Shown here: positions 7,178 through 11,381 of the stretch, one piece after another
How the letters are laid out: each line of letters opens with the position of its first letter
Numbering within the stretch: position 1 is the stretch's first letter
From: Myxococcota bacterium
GTDB taxonomy: Bacteria; Myxococcota_A; UBA796; GCA-2862545
Reading direction: 5' to 3'
Length of the DNA: 11,381 bases
NCBI GenBank assembly: GCA_039208735.1
Contig: JBCCQY010000229.1
Coordinates: forward strand, 1-11,381
The notes under the pieces: generated by a model
Database searches by the model: none
What the model was told of the DNA's origin: nothing
The model's input: the letters and a program-made list of their open reading frames with translations, nothing else
Position numbers and translations under genes: made by a program

Positions 7178-8410
7178 TCAGTATCGGAATGCGAGCTGCA
7201 CGATGCCCTCGTCCGCGCGCGCCAACACGTCTTGTCCGTCGGAAGAGAAGACCGGACGATTGCGCCAATGTGCCGTGATCTTCGCGTGTTGTCCGGCGAA
7301 GTACCAGTTCGCCCCAGCCTCGGCAAGGACCATGGGCGCTCCTAAACCCTCGAAGAAGCTCGTTTGGGAGGCCGCGTACGGCTGCAATCGAGTTCCTCCG
7401 AACGTCGTTGGGAGCAGGTACCCCATCTCCAGATACCCTGTGTGTCCTGTGCCCTGGAGCGGATAGGCGTTGCCTCCTCCCGCAAACGAAGTCCCGTCAC
7501 TGCCCACATTCATGATGCCGACATTTCGCACGAAGTCAGGGCCGTAATCGTTGTACTGATAGAGGGGCATAGGTCGTGAATGCGCCTTCTCCCACCGGGG
7601 TGTCGATGAAGAGGTCGATGCCCAAAGCGCTTTGAGCGAACACCTCTTCAACCCCATCGACGAAACGGCCCGTGGCTTCAGGGTTCCACTGCACGCCCAC
7701 GCCAAGGTTCACCACCTGCTTCTTGCCAAGGTACGTCCCGTTCAAGAACGGCAACGTATTTCCCTCGGGATCGGCAAGCTCGAGCTTGACATAGCCTTGC
7801 ACAGCCCAGTGGTTTTGGGTGTTCCGGAATTGCGTCGCGCCGGTCTTGGGATCCGGACTCACACTCGGCACAAAGGGTTGATTCACGGCCACCCGATAGT
7901 CCAGATTGGAGATCTTCCCCTTGGCATAAATGCCCATCTGCCTCGCAAATTGATCGGTGCGCTCGATGACCGTCCAGGGGAAGGTCGGTCCATCGATGGT
8001 CAGGAACCCATCGTCGACTGGCTCGCTGCGCGACTCACCCCATTTCAGTAGTGAAGTCCGACTCCGATGTCGAGATGCTTCTCGACGATCGTCCCTTCGA
8101 TCCAGGCATCATGGATGAAGGCCTGTGGCTTGCGTGCATTGTTGAAGGTCTGATTGTTGATCCCCAAATGCGTCATGATCAACATTCGTTTGTTGGGACG
8201 TCCCCAAAGCAACACCCGGGCCCGTCGAATCCCGATGTTTGCCGAGAGATCTGTGGGTTCACCGTTGATCGTCGTTCCAGGGTTGTGCTCTTGCAGCCTG
8301 GCCCAGAACTGACTCCACAAGATCATGCTGATGAACTGGTTCTCGCCAAACTTGGCCTTGAGGGGATAGTCTTTCCAAAGCCGGTCCGGGAAAGTACCTT
8401 GCGACGCCGC
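7178..8410 (-). pseudogene. Outer-membrane beta-barrel/porin-like protein gene, N-terminally truncated and broken by three lesions
   Basis: Continuous protein across three ORFs: IGIRRARV...THLGINNQTF...IHDAW...GLHY*NGVSR (TGA 8045-8047), a -1 shift near 8007-8009 (FLTIDGP...DQFARQMGIYAKG), a +1 shift at GGGG 7564-7567 (YQYNDYGPDFVRN...LQPY...GANWY), ending QLAFRY with an aromatic terminus. There is no signal peptide and the 5' boundary is approximate. Confidence 0.75.
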
Positions 8411-8417
8411 TCCCTTT

Positions 8418-8458
8418 GCACGGCCCTCGTGAGCGACCTCCCGGCACGAGGGCGGTGC
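8418..8458. repeat. Inverted repeat, 14-bp arms (13/14) with 13-nt loop, downstream of the IS91-type transposase
   Basis: GCACGGCCCTCGTG (8418-8431) pairs with CACGAGGGCGGTGC (8445-8458). Confidence 0.65.
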
Positions 8459-8587
8459 GGACCGAGGATCATGACCGCCGATTCTCGTCCTTCCGCCGTT
8501 CGACGCCCTCACCGGCTTGACTGGGAAGCGCACGTGTAGCTGCGCACGTTCGCGTGCGAACGCCGATGGCGCCAGTTCTGTGGACGA

Positions 8588-9030
8588 TCAGGGGCTCAGC
8601 TGCGGTGGTCCCCTCGCGGCGGTCCTGCGCAGACAGCGCAGCACCCGGTCCGTCGCTCACCACCCCGGGAGGAGCGCGTGCAGGCGCATCACCTGGTGGC
8701 AGAGAGGGTACTCTCGACCGTCGACGCCGAAGACGCGCCAGAGCAACTCGGGCCCAGGCGAGTCGACGCCGACGTCGACTTCGCCCTTCGCCGCAGTGGT
8801 CGCTTGCGCAATCGCGATCGCCCCCGTCCGGGAGCGTCGGCAGGTCCGAGCCGCCAGCCACGATCTCGGCGCGCCACGCCGAGTGGGGCGCGAGCACACC
8901 GCCATAGACGATCCGATGGGCGCGCCTCGGTGGGATCAGGGCGGCGAGGCGCGCGATGAATGCCACGCCCGAGAACACCATCGTATGGGTGCCGTCGGAC
9001 CAGGGGCGCTTCAGGCGGACCTCGACCGCC
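8588..9030 (-). mobile_element. IS91-family (Y2) transposase C-terminal remnant
   Basis: VRLKRPWSDGTHTMVF...ARLAALIPPRRAHRIVYGGVLAPHSAWR, a +1 shift at GGG 8750-8752, then WAELLWRVFGVD..YPLC..MRL, TGA at 8657-8659, and ATDRVL...ARGPP ending at 8588. The HUH and Y2 catalytic region is absent. Confidence 0.82.
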
Positions 9031-9048
9031 GCCTCCGATCGCGGCCAG

Positions 9049-9270
9049 CCCGTCGACCAGTTCCGACTCCAAGTGCAACGGCCAACTCGACGTCAACGCC
9101 CAGGGCCACCGCCAGAAGCGCGACGTCTTCGGTCGCGCCTGCGGCTACGTGCTCATGAGCAGCGCCGGCACCGGCCGTGGCGGCAAGACCCACTTCTACT
9201 ACCGATGCGTCGGCCTGAAGAATTTTCGCACTGGTTCGGGAGGCCGCCCGGGAGCCTGCTCTCTTCGCCG
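9049..9270 (+). pseudogene. Large serine recombinase fragment (end of recombinase domain and zinc ribbon)
   Basis: VFGRACGYVLMSSAGTGRGGKTHFYYRC...GAC (Cys codons 9140, 9206, 9257) fits the CxxCG..M...YYxC...C pattern, with the first Cys replaced by Gly. Upstream, PVDQFDSVQRQL can be restored only by removing several extra bases. Confidence 0.65.
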
Positions 9271-9438
9271 AGGCGGTCGACAAGGCCAATGGCGACCGAG
9301 CACGTCGCTCCCCACAGAGACTGTGTGGCGATGCTCCGCCGCGAGCTGTCGGACGTCGACATCGAGTTGTTGCCAGGTGAAGAATGGCCCCCCGCCTCAT
9401 CTACTGAATGGGACACGGCTCAACTGAGCACCGGGGAA

Positions 9439-11379
9439 CTATGGATGGACGGAGGCCAACACCCCTCGCGAGTTGCGGGCAACGATCCAGAGCTGATCCG
9501 CGGCCCGGGTGATGGCCACGTGCAAGAGATTCCGGTCCCGTTCGGCGTAGCTAGCAGGCTCGACCAGGACGACGCCATCGAACTCCAGTCCCTTGACTTG
9601 GTGCACGTTGCTTACGACCACGCCTGCCTCAAAGGCGAAGGCCTCGCGGTGGCCACGTCGGACTTGAACCGGCAATTGGTCGTCGAGCGCTTTGGACCAT
9701 CGATCGGCTTCGGCTTTTGTTCGTGTGAGGACCGCCACCAACGTAGAGGGTCGACGCTGACGGAATTGCTCGATTTCCGATGCTGCCCGCTCGATCGTAG
9801 CGTCAGATCCTTCAAGCCAGCGTACGGGATGGCCTGGTCGGGTCTGGTTCAGCACCGCTGGATTGACGTGGCCCGAAGCAGCGAGGGCCAATTCCATGAT
9901 CGGCCGTGTCGAACGATGGCCAACCGGCAACTCGTCGAGCTGGATTTCTTGATCGAGCCCTGAGCCACCGGTCGAGAACACCCCGTATTCCCCAGCATCG
10001 TAGAGCGTCTGTGCGGGATCTCCGGCGAGTGTGATGGATCGGTGGGCATCCGCCGCATCGAGCAGCACTCGAATCGCCGGTGCCGAGAGATCTTGAGCTT
10101 CATCGACCACGATGTGGGCGAGGGACCGAAACCACGGGACGCGGAAGCCCCTTACGCGATGCGCTACCCGCTGGCCCAATCGAAGTAACAGGGCTGCATC
10201 TGCAAAGTCGAAGGTGTGGGACTGCCGCTGGTTCGCCAGATGGGCGGCGACCGCCGGCAGGTCTCCGTGGAGCGACGCCGGGAGTGAAGATCGGGCCTCG
10301 TCGAGATCATCGAGGAGTCCGAACAGGTCGCGGCGGTGATCGTGGAGGCGAGAAAAAACACGCTTGCGAAGTGGAGCGAGTTCGGCGTGCTCGTGTTCGG
10401 TGAAGAATTGCCCGATGCGCCCAAGCCCCGACCCTGGCGTGTTTTCCCAGGCGTCGCGATGGGGAACGGGCACCTTCAGCCATGCTTCGAGCCTGGTGCC
10501 CAGTCGATCGAGCGCTTGGTCCAGTAGGCCTTCGATGGCAGGATGTTGCTTGAAGGTCGCGACCTGCGGTGGCGTCTCTCCGCCGAACGTAGGGGCTGCA
10601 CCTTGGCCACGCAACATTCGCGAAGCCCAGGCATGGAAGGTTGAGACCTGTACCCCGGCGATGTCGAGGTCCAAGAGCGCCCGACGGATGTAGGTCTGCA
10701 GAGCCTTGTTGAACATCACGACGAGCACTCGGCTCAATCGAAAACGTTCGGGGTCGTGGTAGTGCAAGTAGGCGATGCGATGCAGGGCGACTGTCGTCTT
10801 GCCCGACCCCGCCTGGCCTCGCAGCACGACCACGCCTTGCTCCGGCCTCGTGAGCACACCGAACTGCTCGGGGGTGATGAGGGCCACGATGTCGGGAAGG
10901 GAGTGGTTCTCGGGGTCTTCGCGCTGATCACTTCGTTCGAGGGCCTCGTCGGCCTTGCGAAGCACCGTCCAAACATTCCCCTCGCGCTTGCGAGCCACAA
11001 CCTCACCGTTCTCGGCGGATTGTAGCACGCCGCCTCGAATATCAAGCGTTCGTCGTGCCTCCACCACGCCTTCTCGGGTCCGGCCCGCGACGTCGACCTC
11101 GAACTCTTCACCCTCCTCGAACTCGTAGTAGATGCGGCTGATCGGCGCGTTGCGCCAATCCACGATGTTGCAAGGCAGCCGACGATCAACGGCTGAGCCC
11201 TTGGCAATCAGCAACTCGCGGGGTTTGTCGTCCTCGCGTAGCACGAGATGACCGAAATACGGTGCGTTTCGGTCGAGATCGCGCATCCGATGGGAGCGTT
11301 CGTGGGTGACCCGACGCCGCTCAAGTTCTGCGATGGCTTCGTCGAGCGCCGCTTGTTGAACGAGGTCACCGGCCGCTTC
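9439..11379 (-). CDS. helD: HelD/HelR-like SF1 (UvrD-family) ATPase, 5'-partial, at least 646 aa
   Basis: N-terminal PYFGHL...IVDWRNAPISRIYY signature, DIVALITPEQ, Walker A GQAGSGKTTVALHRIAYL, Walker B VDEAQD, GDPAQ, HRST, HQVKGLEFD and HVAITRA. The frame stays open from ATG 11286 to the window edge (EAAGDLVQQAALDEAIAELERRR...). Confidence 0.88.
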   Translation of the reverse strand, partial: EAAGDLVQQAALDEAIAELERRRVTHERSHRMRDLDRNAPYFGHLVLREDDKPRELLIAKGSAVDRRLPCNIVDWRNAPISRIYYEFEEGEEFEVDVAGRTREGVVEARRTLDIRGGVLQSAENGEVVARKREGNVWTVLRKADEALERSDQREDPENHSLPDIVALITPEQFGVLTRPEQGVVVLRGQAGSGKTTVALHRIAYLHYHDPERFRLSRVLVVMFNKALQTYIRRALLDLDIAGVQVSTFHAWASRMLRGQGAAPTFGGETPPQVATFKQHPAIEGLLDQALDRLGTRLEAWLKVPVPHRDAWENTPGSGLGRIGQFFTEHEHAELAPLRKRVFSRLHDHRRDLFGLLDDLDEARSSLPASLHGDLPAVAAHLANQRQSHTFDFADAALLLRLGQRVAHRVRGFRVPWFRSLAHIVVDEAQDLSAPAIRVLLDAADAHRSITLAGDPAQTLYDAGEYGVFSTGGSGLDQEIQLDELPVGHRSTRPIMELALAASGHVNPAVLNQTRPGHPVRWLEGSDATIERAASEIEQFRQRRPSTLVAVLTRTKAEADRWSKALDDQLPVQVRRGHREAFAFEAGVVVSNVHQVKGLEFDGVVLVEPASYAERDRNLLHVAITRAADQLWIVARNSRGVLASVHP

Positions 11380-11381
11380 GG

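Noticed and set aside
7027..8659. Alternative genetic code with TGA as Trp
   Set aside because: TGA ends intact genes here (DUF4345-like, Uma2), TGG is used freely for Trp, and two of the three affected genes also carry frameshifts.
8956..9963. 335-aa plus-strand ORF
   Set aside because: More than half is antisense to the HelD-like gene and the rest crosses IS91 and recombinase remnants. The 9270-9438 part remains unexplained but has no motif I can support.

Overview
GC-rich bacterial DNA, probably from a diderm and possibly Myxococcota-like (inferred from composition and gene families). Five genes look intact: a LysR regulator (-), a divergent SDR oxidoreductase and DUF4345 membrane protein (+), a Uma2/DUF820 nuclease-fold gene (-), and a HelD/HelR-like SF1 ATPase (-) that runs off the right edge. 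Most of the rest is a dense patchwork of gene remnants: a sensor histidine kinase with its ATPase core deleted, a TetR C-terminus joined back-to-back to an alpha/beta-hydrolase C-terminus, an IS5(IS903)-type transposase tail with its terminal IR, an HTH remnant, an orphan FitA-like antitoxin with upstream direct repeats, an HtrA/DegP missing its catalytic His/Asp segment, an unknown gene split by one in-frame TGA, a multiply broken outer-membrane beta-barrel gene, an IS91-family transposase tail, and a large serine recombinase zinc-ribbon fragment. I found no rRNA, tRNA or CRISPR array. I cannot support a complete novel system here. The best leads are the TGA-interrupted gene with a downstream stem-loop, the HelD-like ATPase in a probable diderm, the intact LysR-SDR-DUF4345 module, and the deletion-junction architecture. 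Family assignments come from motif recognition, not database searches.
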